Under the pieces are notes generated by a model, which was given only the letters and a program-made list of their open reading frames with translations, was not told the DNA's origin and did not search any database. Of a stretch of 64,000 nucleotides of DNA, positions 55,709 to 64,000 are shown piece after piece. The DNA is from an uncultured delta proteobacterium (GTDB lineage: Bacteria; Myxococcota_A; Polyangia; Polyangiales; Polyangiaceae), in the NCBI GenBank assembly GCA_963806225.1, contig CAWDXG010000004.1, positions 2,272,001 to 2,336,000 of the forward strand. Reading direction: 5' to 3'. A program made the translations under genes and the position numbers. The stretch's first letter is position 1; each line of letters begins with the position of its first letter.

Positions 55709-56518
55709 CTACTTCTGCGCGATCTGGAACGTGAGGAGATAGTTCACGTGGTGGTGGATGGGCATGCGCATGTTGGTGACGGCGTCCGAGGGCAGCAGGC
55801 CCTGGCCCGGGTCCTTGTAGACCGCGCGCACGCCATACTGACCGCCGGCAAAGATGGCGTAGTTCATGGGAAACTCGTTCGCCGGCTTGCCCTGGTCGGT
55901 GATGTGCTCGACGTTCGAACCGTAGAAGACGTTGAACCCGGCCTGGATGCGCTGCCCTGACAGGTCGCGCACCTCGACGTAGATGTTGTGGTTCCCTCCC
56001 GACGTGCAGCAGCCGTACTGCTGGAAGGTGGGGTCGGACTGGGTGTAGTCGGTGACGCAGGGTTGATCGGGCGGCTGCTCGTCGGTCTCGAAGCGGGCGG
56101 AGACCAGCTTCAGGTAGAGCGAGCCCTTCGAGACGCTGGCGGGGCAGAAGCCGAGCGGCCCCAGGCCGTCGTCATGGGAGTGGTTCACGTCGTAGGTGAG
56201 CGTCATCTTGCCGCTCTGCGACAGCAGCGGGCTCCAGCCGGAAAGTCCCGTCGGCGGCACGTTGTAGTTCGACGAGCAGCTGACGGCGGCATCCTGCGCA
56301 GCTTCCGGCGCCGCGTCGCCAGGTGCGACGGCGTCGGAAGCGTCGGACGGCGCCGCGTCGCCGCTCGCGTCACCCCGAGGTGCGTCGGAGCCGGAGTCCG
56401 CCGTCGCAGCGTCGGCGCCGCCGTCGACGGGATTCGTCCCGCTCCCGCTGCTGCTGCTGCTGCTACAGGCCGCGACCAGGAGAGCGACTGCACCCAGTGC
56501 TGTCTGGCGGAATGTCAT
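55709..56518 (-). CDS. Hypothetical lipoprotein
   Basis: VAAC lipobox, DA-rich linker, Cys-containing C-terminal domain ending HHHVNYLLTFQ. Confidence 0.8.
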   Translation of the reverse strand: MTFRQTALGAVALLVAACSSSSSSGSGTNPVDGGADAATADSGSDAPRGDASGDAAPSDASDAVAPGDAAPEAAQDAAVSCSSNYNVPPTGLSGWSPLLSQSGKMTLTYDVNHSHDDGLGPLGFCPASVSKGSLYLKLVSARFETDEQPPDQPCVTDYTQSDPTFQQYGCCTSGGNHNIYVEVRDLSGQRIQAGFNVFYGSNVEHITDQGKPANEFPMNYAIFAGGQYGVRAVYKDPGQGLLPSDAVTNMRMPIHHHVNYLLTFQIAQK

Positions 56519-56599
56519 GTCGGGGCAGCCTACCAGAGCGAGCGGAACCGGGTGACTTGCCGGGGCAAAGCAGGCGAGACTCGGCGTCTGGAGGTGGTC

Positions 56600-57685
56600 A
56601 TGAAGAGGGTAGCGGTGCTCACGTCAGGCGGCGATGCGCCGGGGATGAACTCGGCTATCCGCGCGGTGGCGCGTATTGGAGCGGCGCGGGGCATGCGCGT
56701 GCTCGGCGTGGAGCACGGTTACGAGGGGCTGATCGATGGGCATTTCCGCGAGCTGACCTACGGTGATCCGGGCAGCGCGTTGCAGCTGGATCGCGACGTG
56801 GACCTGATGGGAGGCCGCGGGGGCACACTGCTCGGCAGTGCGCGCTCGAAGCGCTTCCTCACGCCCGGAGGTCGCGCGCGCGCGTTCGAACAGATGCGCG
56901 AGGCGGGCATCGACGGCATGGTCGTGGTCGGCGGCAACGGGTCGCTCACCGGCGCGCACGCCCTGTGCCAGGAGCACGGCGCCCGCATCATCGGCGTGCC
57001 CGCCTCCATCGACAACGACATCGGGTGTACCTCCACGGCAATCGGCGTGGACACCGCGCTGAACACCATCGTGGACGCCTGCGACCGCATCTCGGACACG
57101 GCGCGTGCACACCGCCGCGCGTTCGTGGTCGAGGTGATGGGGCGACACTGCGGCTACCTGGCGATGGCGAGCGCGGTAGCCGCGGGCGCGGACGCCGTGC
57201 TTTTCCGCGAACAGGGCCGGAGCGACAGCGACATCATCGATGCCGTCGTCGAGTACGTGCGCGGCGGCTTTTCCTCTGGCAAGAACCGCGTACTGATCAT
57301 CAAATCGGAGGGCGTCGAGATCCCCTGCACGCGCCTGGCGCGCGAGGTGACTAGCCGGATCGAGGACGAGCTGCCCGGCGTGGACGTGCGGGCGACCGTG
57401 CTCGGTCACGTGGTGCGCGGCGGGCGCCCCTCGTACCAGGATCGCATGATCGCAGCGCGGCTCGCCTACGCGGCGCTGGAGCTGCTCGGCGCGGGGCAGA
57501 GCGACGAGATGGTGGCCTGGGGACCGACGGTCGAGGGCGGCTCCGCGACGGGCGATCCTATGGTGTGGCACTTCCCGCTCGCCCGCGTGCTGGAGGAGAC
57601 CGCGGCACTGCTCGACGGCACCAGCGAGCTGACGCGCTGGCGTGTGTCGATGCTGGAAAAGCTGGAAGGCGTGCTCGGACTGTAG
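56600..57685 (+). CDS. pfkA: 6-phosphofructokinase (ATP-type)
   Basis: LTSGGDAPGMN, GGTLLGSAR, GGNGS, SIDND, EVMGRHCG and LGHVVRGG motifs; GGAGG RBS. Confidence 0.93.
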   Translation: MKRVAVLTSGGDAPGMNSAIRAVARIGAARGMRVLGVEHGYEGLIDGHFRELTYGDPGSALQLDRDVDLMGGRGGTLLGSARSKRFLTPGGRARAFEQMREAGIDGMVVVGGNGSLTGAHALCQEHGARIIGVPASIDNDIGCTSTAIGVDTALNTIVDACDRISDTARAHRRAFVVEVMGRHCGYLAMASAVAAGADAVLFREQGRSDSDIIDAVVEYVRGGFSSGKNRVLIIKSEGVEIPCTRLAREVTSRIEDELPGVDVRATVLGHVVRGGRPSYQDRMIAARLAYAALELLGAGQSDEMVAWGPTVEGGSATGDPMVWHFPLARVLEETAALLDGTSELTRWRVSMLEKLEGVLGL

Positions 57686-57689
57686 ACGC

Positions 57690-58763
57690 CTACGGCTCGC
57701 GTCCCGTCTTCGTGGGATAGCCCCGGGCTTTCCACACGCCGAGTCCTTCGGCGATCACCGTGACCTTGGTGAAACCCTTCTTCTCGAGCGCGCTGGCAAG
57801 CTGGCCTGACTCGGCATGCGGACAGGAGCAGTAGCAGACGAGCCAGGTGTTCTTCGGCAGCTTGGAGACGAACGGATCGGGGTCGTAGAAGGGCACGCTG
57901 ACCGCACCCGCGATGTGCTCGTTGGCGTACGCGCTCGGCGCGCGCGCATCGAGCAGCGCCATGCGCGCATGGCGGTCGAGCTGCTTCTTCACCACGTCGG
58001 CCGGGGTCGTCGCGGGATACTTCTTGAAGCCAGCCGGCGCCGGTCCCTTCGGATTGAGAGGAACGGGACCCAGCGGTATCGGCGGCGGATGCGGGATGGG
58101 CTTGAGCGCCATCGACGGCCGGACCTGCCAGATACGCAGGAGCGACAGCACGTCCTCGACGCCCTGCTTGCCGAGCTTCTTGCCAAACGCTGGCATCTTC
58201 GTGCCCGGCCGGCCGTCGGTGATCGCCAGACGCAGGAAGCCGTTGCTCGCGTCCTTGAGCAGGTCCGCGTTGCCGACATGCACGTTCGGCCCGCCGGTCC
58301 CCTGCTGGCCGTGGCAGCTCATGCACTGCTTGGTGAAGATCTGCTGGCCGTGGCCGACGTTGCCGCTGACGGGCCGCTCGTCGAGCTTCAGGTGCGGCTT
58401 GTCGTCCCAGGTGCGGATGTACGCGACGAGTGCGTCGATGTCGGAGCCCGTCAGCGGTCCGCCGCGCACCTTCGACCACGCCGACATCGTGGTCCCGGAG
58501 CGGCCGTTGGTGATGGCGTCGTGCAGGTAGTGGTCGTCGACGGCGCCGAGGAACGGGTGCTGGGCGAGACGGGGCGCCTCGTCGGCCTTGTAGCCTTCGC
58601 CGTGGGCGCCGTGACACACCGAGCACATACGGCCGTACAGCTGCTGTCCGTGCTCTTCCTGCTTGGTAAGCTTCTCCTCGGCAGCCTTGGGCGCCTTGTG
58701 ATGGCAGGCAACGAGCAGCGCCGCGCCCAGGGCGACGGAAAGGAACTGGCGGAGGGAGCGCAT
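57690..58763 (-). CDS. Di-heme cytochrome c / rhodanese fusion lipoprotein
   Basis: LVAC lipobox, CSVCH and CMSCH with distal Met motifs (TTMSAW, TKMPAF), LDAR..HIAGA, YCSCPH, GLGVW. Confidence 0.88.
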   Translation of the reverse strand: MRSLRQFLSVALGAALLVACHHKAPKAAEEKLTKQEEHGQQLYGRMCSVCHGAHGEGYKADEAPRLAQHPFLGAVDDHYLHDAITNGRSGTTMSAWSKVRGGPLTGSDIDALVAYIRTWDDKPHLKLDERPVSGNVGHGQQIFTKQCMSCHGQQGTGGPNVHVGNADLLKDASNGFLRLAITDGRPGTKMPAFGKKLGKQGVEDVLSLLRIWQVRPSMALKPIPHPPPIPLGPVPLNPKGPAPAGFKKYPATTPADVVKKQLDRHARMALLDARAPSAYANEHIAGAVSVPFYDPDPFVSKLPKNTWLVCYCSCPHAESGQLASALEKKGFTKVTVIAEGLGVWKARGYPTKTGREP

Positions 58764-58871
58764 GTCTTCGGGGCGGCGGGCCCCGAAGCCTAGGACGGCT
58801 CGACGCTGGACGCCAACGCTGGCTTTCCCGATCTGTCGCAGCGGGGCCTCGATCGTGCTAGCAGCCACGCG

Positions 58872-59834
58872 GTGGCTCCTACGACCCGTGCACGCGGGCG
58901 CTGGCTCGCATCCCTGCTCGCGGTGCTCATGGCAATCGGCTGCGCGACATCCGTGAACGACGCATCCCACGCCGGGGCTGTCGCGAGTGGCGGGCTGGGC
59001 GGCAGCGCGGGAGTCGAAGGCGGTGCTGGGCTCGGGGGCGGCGGCGCGGCCGGCAGTGCGGGGTCGACTCCGGACGCCGCGGCGGGCACAGCCGGAACCG
59101 GCGCGGGCGGAAGTGCGGGGACGGCTGGAAGCGCCGGCACAGGCGGCAGCGCCGGGACCCCCGGGGACGCAGGCAGCTGCCCTTCGCTCCATGGTCCGGC
59201 CATGGTCCAGTTCGACGGGCAGTGCATCGATTCCACCGAGGTGACCAATGCGGACTACGCCGCGTTCGTCGCCGCAGGCGTCCCGACCAGCGGACAGCCC
59301 TCGTACTGCGGCTGGAACACCAGCTACACGCCTTCGAGCGGCTGGCCCGCGACCGGCAAGGACAACTATCCGGTTGTCTACGTCGACTGGTGCGATGCCT
59401 ACGCCTACTGCAAATGGGCCGGCAAGCGGCTGTGCGGCGATGTCGGCGGCGGTCCCCACAACTTCTCGCAGTACAGCGACGCCTCCAGCCAGTGGTTCAA
59501 CGCCTGCTCCCTCGCCGGCCTCTACCCGTACCCCTACGGCGCCAGCTATGATCCGACGGCGTGCAACGGCGTCGACTACGGCGCCGGCGCAGCGCTGCCG
59601 GTGAAGCAGGCGCAGAAGTGCGAGGGCGCCTGGTCGGGCGTGTTCGACATGAGCGGCAACGTCTGGGAATGGGAAGACTCCTGCCAGGCACTTGCCGGAG
59701 CAAAGGACCAGTGCCGACTCCGGGGTGGGTCGTACTGGTTCAACGGCGCATCCGACCTGCGATGCGACGCCGCCAACGCCAACGACCGGAGCACGCAGAA
59801 CGACATCGTCGGCTTCCGCTGTTGCGCCCCCTAG
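58872..59834 (+). CDS. FGE-sulfatase (SUMF1-like) domain lipoprotein
   Basis: IDSTEVTNADY, PVVYVDWCDAYAYC.WAGKRL, DMSGNVWEW, RGGS and GFRCC motifs. Confidence 0.88.
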   Translation: MAPTTRARGRWLASLLAVLMAIGCATSVNDASHAGAVASGGLGGSAGVEGGAGLGGGGAAGSAGSTPDAAAGTAGTGAGGSAGTAGSAGTGGSAGTPGDAGSCPSLHGPAMVQFDGQCIDSTEVTNADYAAFVAAGVPTSGQPSYCGWNTSYTPSSGWPATGKDNYPVVYVDWCDAYAYCKWAGKRLCGDVGGGPHNFSQYSDASSQWFNACSLAGLYPYPYGASYDPTACNGVDYGAGAALPVKQAQKCEGAWSGVFDMSGNVWEWEDSCQALAGAKDQCRLRGGSYWFNGASDLRCDAANANDRSTQNDIVGFRCCAP

Positions 59835-59899
59835 GTAGGTTGATACGCATCATGGGCGCGCTCTGGCCCGCGCGCTAGCGTGGCGCACGAGGTACGCCC

Positions 59900-60352
59900 A
59901 TGCATGCCGCAATCAACACGTCCATCGTCACGATCGAGGAGAACGAGAGCGCGCTAACCGCAGCGCGCCTCATGAAGGAATCCGAAGCCGGTTGCCTGAT
60001 CGTCGTCGATCACAACGGCACTCTGAGTGGCATCGTCACCGGACGCGACCTGGTCCTGAAGGTGCTGGCACCCAACAAGCCGGCCCACAACGTGCGGGTG
60101 AGCGAGGTCATGACGGCCTCCCCGACCACGGCGCTCGCATCGGATATCGACATGAAAGCCATGGCGCGCATCCTCTCGCGCGCACGGGTGCGGCGGCTAC
60201 CGATCGTGGACGAGAAGAACCGACCTGTCGGCATCATCACGCTGGAAGACATGCTGGTGTACACGGCGGACATGCTCCATTCGCTGGGCGCCGCGGTGTC
60301 GTCGTATCTGACGGTGGCTCGACTGAAATCGGTCGACCTGGCCCGGCACTGA
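59900..60352 (+). CDS. CBS domain pair protein
   Basis: GIVTGRDL, VSEVMT, RRLPIVD and GIITLED motifs. Confidence 0.88.
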   Translation: MHAAINTSIVTIEENESALTAARLMKESEAGCLIVVDHNGTLSGIVTGRDLVLKVLAPNKPAHNVRVSEVMTASPTTALASDIDMKAMARILSRARVRRLPIVDEKNRPVGIITLEDMLVYTADMLHSLGAAVSSYLTVARLKSVDLARH

Positions 60353-60412
60353 CCCGGCGCCGGGTTCGCGTGATAGGCTGGGCGCCCTCGCGCGAGCGCG
60401 GGGTACGCGCCC

Positions 60413-61003
60413 ATGACCTCTTCGCGGACGACTGTCTTCATCGCGATCGCTTTCGGTGCCGTTCTCGGGGCAGCAGGCGCCGTGATGTCTGGACGTCCTG
60501 CTCCGGACACCCGCGCAGAACCCGCGCCTTCGACCGCGCCAACGCCGCTTCCGCGGCCCGCCCGGGCCAGCGCCAGGCCGGCCGCGGCCCCGGTGCCGTC
60601 GAGCGCACCATCCGCGGAGCCGGATCCCGTCGCCAAGGCGATCGCTCCGCTGCGCCAGGACCCGTCGGTCCTGTCGCACACCGAGCTCGGCTGCGCCCGC
60701 GGCAACCCGGACGACTGCCTGCTCGTGGGAGACTTCTACGCGCGGAGCGAGAAGGTGGACGACCACCACAAGCGCGCGCTCATCTACCGCCGGCGCGCCA
60801 TCGTGCTCTACGCGGAAAAGTGCCACGACCGCTGGCCCGCAGCCTGCCGCGTGCTGTCGAGCCTGTACGCCAAAGGCATCGGCGCGCCACGCAACAACCG
60901 GACGGCCGAGGCTCTGCTCCAGCGCTCGCTCGAGCTGTGCAAGGCTCACCCGAACCGGCCCTGCGTGCGCCAGGGCCTGCAGGTTCCGCCGGACCTCAGG
61001 TAG
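60413..61003 (+). CDS. Membrane-anchored Sel1-like repeat protein
   Basis: N-terminal TM, Pro-rich linker, GCARGNPDDC and ACRVLSSLYAKGIGAPRN. Confidence 0.72.
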   Translation: MTSSRTTVFIAIAFGAVLGAAGAVMSGRPAPDTRAEPAPSTAPTPLPRPARASARPAAAPVPSSAPSAEPDPVAKAIAPLRQDPSVLSHTELGCARGNPDDCLLVGDFYARSEKVDDHHKRALIYRRRAIVLYAEKCHDRWPAACRVLSSLYAKGIGAPRNNRTAEALLQRSLELCKAHPNRPCVRQGLQVPPDLR

Positions 61004-61262
61004 AAGCGGCGCGGGCACGAACCTTGCTGTAGCGCGCTGCCTGCACGGCGACAGAGCCCACGGGAGGCCCTTCGCTCGCAACCCCTCGACAGTAAAGCTG
61101 TTTCGCGTCCCTGCTCGAGACCTTCGAAGGCCAGGACCAGGGCGCGTAGGGAAAGGCCGCCGCCATGCGTCGAGGGAAAGACACCAACGTCCGTCAGGGT
61201 CCACATCGGCCCTCTGGCGGTGCCGACGGGAGTGGTTAGGCTCGGCGGCTCAGGAGGGACTC

Positions 61263-62402
61263 ATGAATCGATTGGGAAAGTACGCGGCGCTGTCCGCGCT
61301 GCTCGTCGTCGGATGCAATACGAACGGAAAGGGGACCGGGGCGACGGCAAGCGCCAGCGCCACCCAGGCCGTCGCCGCTCCCAGCGGCAGCGCGGCCGCA
61401 ACCGCAAGCTCCGCCACTCCGCCGGTCAAGCCACGACGCATGCGCGGTCATCATGCCGGAATCGTCGGTGCGTTCCTGGCCACGGCCCGGACGCTCGATC
61501 TGAAGGACGAGCAGAAGACCAAGCTCGCTGACATCGAAAAGCAGGTCACCGACATGCCCGCCGATGCGAAGAAGGCCTTCAGCGACTTCCACGACACGCT
61601 CGCCGCCGGAATCAAGGCGGGCAAGGTCGACACCAGCAAACTCGAACCTGTCTACGCCCAGTTCGACAAGGTCACCGAGGAGCACCAGAAGAAGCAGGCC
61701 GAAGCGCTGGATTCGCTGCACGCCGCCCTCGAGCCCGCACAGCAGAAGGCGCTGGTCGCGGCAATCCAGAAGGACCAGGCGGACCGCGAAGCACGCCGCG
61801 CCGCGCGCAAGGCGAAGATGGCAGACCAGGCGAAGGACAAGGACTGGCAGCAGAAGTGGCAGAAGCGCCGCCTCGACCGCATGACGAAGATGCTCGATCT
61901 GGATGCCGACCAGCAGAAGAAGATCGAGCCGTTGCTGGCCAAGGAAGAGAAGCCTGTCGGCGCCAAGCAGGACCGCTGGGCCGAAAAGAAGAAGCGCATG
62001 GACGCAGTGCTAGCGGCGTTCGAAAAGGACAACTTCGACGCGACCAAGCTCGATCTCGCCGGCATGGGCTCCAAGGACCGGCGCGCGCACATGGAGCAGC
62101 GCGTCGCGTTCCTGAACCAGCTCCTGCCGGTCCTGAAGCCGGAGCAGCGCGACAAGTTCTCTGGCATGATGCCGATGATGCGCGGCGACATGACGCGCGG
62201 GCACGGCATGATGCGCGGGCACGGCATGATGCGCGGCCACGGCATGATGCGTGGCCACGGCATGATGCAAGGCCACGGGATGGGCATGGGTCGCGGCACA
62301 ATGGGCCCGGGCTACCGGTGGGGCGGCCCGCCGATCCAGCTGCCCTTCGACGACGACAACAACGACAAGCCCGAAGCGCCGGCAGCGCCCGCGGCGAAGT
62401 AG
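61263..62402 (+). CDS. Spy/CpxP (LTXXQ)-like periplasmic lipoprotein with His/Met-rich tail
   Basis: VVGC lipobox; LDLKDEQK, LEPAQQ, LDLDADQQ and LKPEQR motifs. Confidence 0.75.
   Translation: MNRLGKYAALSALLVVGCNTNGKGTGATASASATQAVAAPSGSAAATASSATPPVKPRRMRGHHAGIVGAFLATARTLDLKDEQKTKLADIEKQVTDMPADAKKAFSDFHDTLAAGIKAGKVDTSKLEPVYAQFDKVTEEHQKKQAEALDSLHAALEPAQQKALVAAIQKDQADREARRAARKAKMADQAKDKDWQQKWQKRRLDRMTKMLDLDADQQKKIEPLLAKEEKPVGAKQDRWAEKKKRMDAVLAAFEKDNFDATKLDLAGMGSKDRRAHMEQRVAFLNQLLPVLKPEQRDKFSGMMPMMRGDMTRGHGMMRGHGMMRGHGMMRGHGMMQGHGMGMGRGTMGPGYRWGGPPIQLPFDDDNNDKPEAPAAPAAK
62196..62285 (+). repeat. 18-bp tandem repeat encoding RGHGMM (~5 copies)
   Basis: cgcgg(g/c)cacggcatgatg repeated. Confidence 0.9.
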
Positions 62403-62479
62403 CGCTGCGACACACCGCGGCAGGCCCCGGCACGGATTGGCCGGGGCCTCGCCCGCGCGCGCCGCGGCCCCGGGAGTGG

Positions 62480-62716
62480 CTAGCGCCGGCGGTCGACCAG
62501 TGGCTCGACCAGCGACGTGAGGCCGTTGTGCTTGATCTCCAGCATCGTCTCCAGCTGCTCGCCGAGCTTTCCGTGCGGGAACCCCTTTCGGGCAAACCAC
62601 GCGAGGTACGCCTCGGGCAGATCGATCAACAGCCGCCCCTTGTACTTGCCGAACGGCATGCGGGCCCGGGCCAGGTCGAGCAGTCGTTCGGGTGACGCTT
62701 CGGGCGGCTCCGGCAT
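62480..62716 (-). CDS. DUF3820-like small protein
   Basis: MPFGKYKG..LIDLPEAYLAWF..KGFP.GKLG..L...LEIK.NGL. Confidence 0.82.
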   Translation of the reverse strand: MPEPPEASPERLLDLARARMPFGKYKGRLLIDLPEAYLAWFARKGFPHGKLGEQLETMLEIKHNGLTSLVEPLVDRRR

Positions 62717-62725
62717 GACAGGCCG

Positions 62726-63178
62726 CTAGTGCCCCAGCACGGCGAGCAACACGGCCAGGAGCACGATCAGCCCCAGCACGCCGAGCACCGCGACGATGAT
62801 GATGATGTTGACCAACATCGCGCGGCGATCCCTCGGTGGCGGGGGCGGCCGTACGCCCTGCAGGCTGGCCTGGTGGTGCGCGCGCAGGTGGCTTTCGAAC
62901 ATGTCCAGCGCCGAATCGAGGAAGCCGAACGGGTCGAGCAACGCGAGGATGCTGGCGTTGAGCCGAAGCTGCGAGGTCTGCGCGTCGAGCTGGTAGACGG
63001 TGACCTCAACGTCGGTGGGGTTGGTCCAGCCGAAGCCGCGCGCGAACTTCAGGTAGTAGCCCGCCGGATCCTCGCGCCTGATCCGGAAGCCGGGCAGCTC
63101 GCTGCCGGCGGCACGCGCGAGGCCGTAGGTGACGTGGGACGGAGTAGCCAGAGTGATATCGCGGCTCTTCGACGCCAT
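62726..63178 (-). CDS. Hypothetical protein with C-terminal TM anchor
   Basis: ATG immediately follows the upstream stop; strongly hydrophobic C-terminus. Confidence 0.7.
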   Translation of the reverse strand: MASKSRDITLATPSHVTYGLARAAGSELPGFRIRREDPAGYYLKFARGFGWTNPTDVEVTVYQLDAQTSQLRLNASILALLDPFGFLDSALDMFESHLRAHHQASLQGVRPPPPPRDRRAMLVNIIIIVAVLGVLGLIVLLAVLLAVLGH

Positions 63179-63179
63179 T

Positions 63180-63812
63180 TCAGGGATTGGGCGACGGGCA
63201 GCCGTTGACCGGCTGCCAGGAATCCGGCTGGTTCTGCGTATCGCAGACGTAGCCGTCGGTCCCGTAGCAACAGGTGACCGCGCCGGGCGTCGTGCAGGCG
63301 GAGTTGATGGCCGGCGCCGAAGAGGGGCAGCAGACCTTGTTGGGGATGGTCTTCCACTTGCTGGCGCCACCGCCGCTCTGGGTCGGACACACGAAGGGCG
63401 TGTCGCCCGCCGCGTAGCAACAGATGGCGGTCGAGCTACAGGTAGCGCCCACGTTCGGCGCCGAGTCGGGACAGGCACCGGTGTTCACGAACACCACGCC
63501 GCTGCCACCTGCGCCTGCACTGCCGCCCGCGCCCGATCCCGCGCTGCCGCCGGCGGACGTGCCACCCGTTCCGCCGCTGCTCGCGCCACCCGTACCAGAA
63601 CCGCCGGTTCCGCCGCTGCTCGCGCCGCCCGTGGCCGTGCCGCCGGTTCCGCCGGCCGAGGCCCCGCCGCTCCCGCCGCCGGAGCCTCCGGTACCTGCCG
63701 TCCCCGCATCCGTTCCCCCGCTGCCGCCGTTGATGCCTGCATCACTTGAACCGCCACAGCCGACGACCAGAAGAAGCAGGCCCACGCAAGAAATCCCGAT
63801 CACACGCTTCAT
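63180..63812 (-). CDS. Cys-rich lipoprotein with Gly-rich linker
   Basis: VVGC lipobox; two CP.SAP..G..C....CCY repeats. Confidence 0.82.
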   Translation of the reverse strand: MKRVIGISCVGLLLLVVGCGGSSDAGINGGSGGTDAGTAGTGGSGGGSGGASAGGTGGTATGGASSGGTGGSGTGGASSGGTGGTSAGGSAGSGAGGSAGAGGSGVVFVNTGACPDSAPNVGATCSSTAICCYAAGDTPFVCPTQSGGGASKWKTIPNKVCCPSSAPAINSACTTPGAVTCCYGTDGYVCDTQNQPDSWQPVNGCPSPNP

Positions 63813-63884
63813 GCAACCCATCATAGCCCGACCTGGGCGAACAGGCGCAGCAATCCGCCGTGACAGTGCGAGCCGCGTCATGCG

Positions 63885-64000
63885 TCACTTCGCTGGAGCG
63901 AACGCGATACCCTCGACGAGCGGGACGGGCACGCCAGCCGCGTCCTCGACGCCTGGATCGGGTCGCGGCGGGCGCTTCAGCTCTGTCGGCCGGGCTCGGC
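63885..64000 (-). CDS. Possible C-terminal end of a gene entering from the window edge
   Basis: Open frame ...GVPVPLVEGIAFAPAK-stop. Confidence 0.35.
   Translation of the reverse strand, partial: RARPTELKRPPRPDPGVEDAAGVPVPLVEGIAFAPAK

Noticed and set aside
58872..59834. FGE-sulfatase/C-type-lectin fold as a diversity-generating retroelement target
   Set aside because: No reverse transcriptase and no template repeat of the 3' end seen in the window
61095..61135. c-di-GMP-I riboswitch (GGGACGCGAAAC on the - strand)
   Set aside because: The upstream GGCAAAC/GNRA elements are missing and no gene lies downstream on that strand; kept only as an unassigned structure
1..64000. tRNA, rRNA, prophage, integrase or anti-phage defence genes
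   Set aside because: No supporting motifs recognised by eye; a tRNAscan/Rfam/DefenseFinder run would be needed to exclude them formally

Overview
This is a high-GC window with typical myxobacterial (Polyangiaceae/Sorangiineae-like) content: many Gly/Ser/Thr-linker and Cys-rich lipoproteins, an ECF sigma/anti-sigma pair, sigma54 activators and PilZ proteins. The taxonomy is inferred from gene content only. The centre (about 14.4-46.4 kb) is a large Wzx/Wzy-type exopolysaccharide locus resembling the Myxococcus eps pathway, with a priming transferase, short OPX, beta-barrel partner, BY pseudokinase, Wzx, Wzy, PCP, glycosyltransferases and GH44 proteins. It carries extensive tailoring machinery: an acetyltransferase-NadE-like-AsnB-AMP ligase-ACP operon, a second hexapeptide acetyltransferase, an AT3 acyltransferase and two paralogous SGNH proteins. 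Two paralogous sigma54 activators with degenerate receiver domains bracket the core, and six -24/-12 promoters are visible in the window. Several apparent pseudo-enzymes occur, including a GH44 lacking its nucleophile and a Dps lacking ferroxidase ligands. A decayed IS4-family (IS231-like) element retains an intact 10-bp target duplication, and there is a hutF pseudogene. The flanks carry ada, a Rieske protein, YceI, two MscS channels, an acyl-CoA synthetase, pirin, an AGMO-like hydroxylase, an aminotransferase/kinase-like/acyltransferase operon, a 6x83-aa repeat lipoprotein, pfkA, a cytochrome c-rhodanese fusion and a Spy/CpxP-like protein. No rRNA, tRNA or CRISPR array was seen. All family calls come from motif recognition by eye, without database searches.
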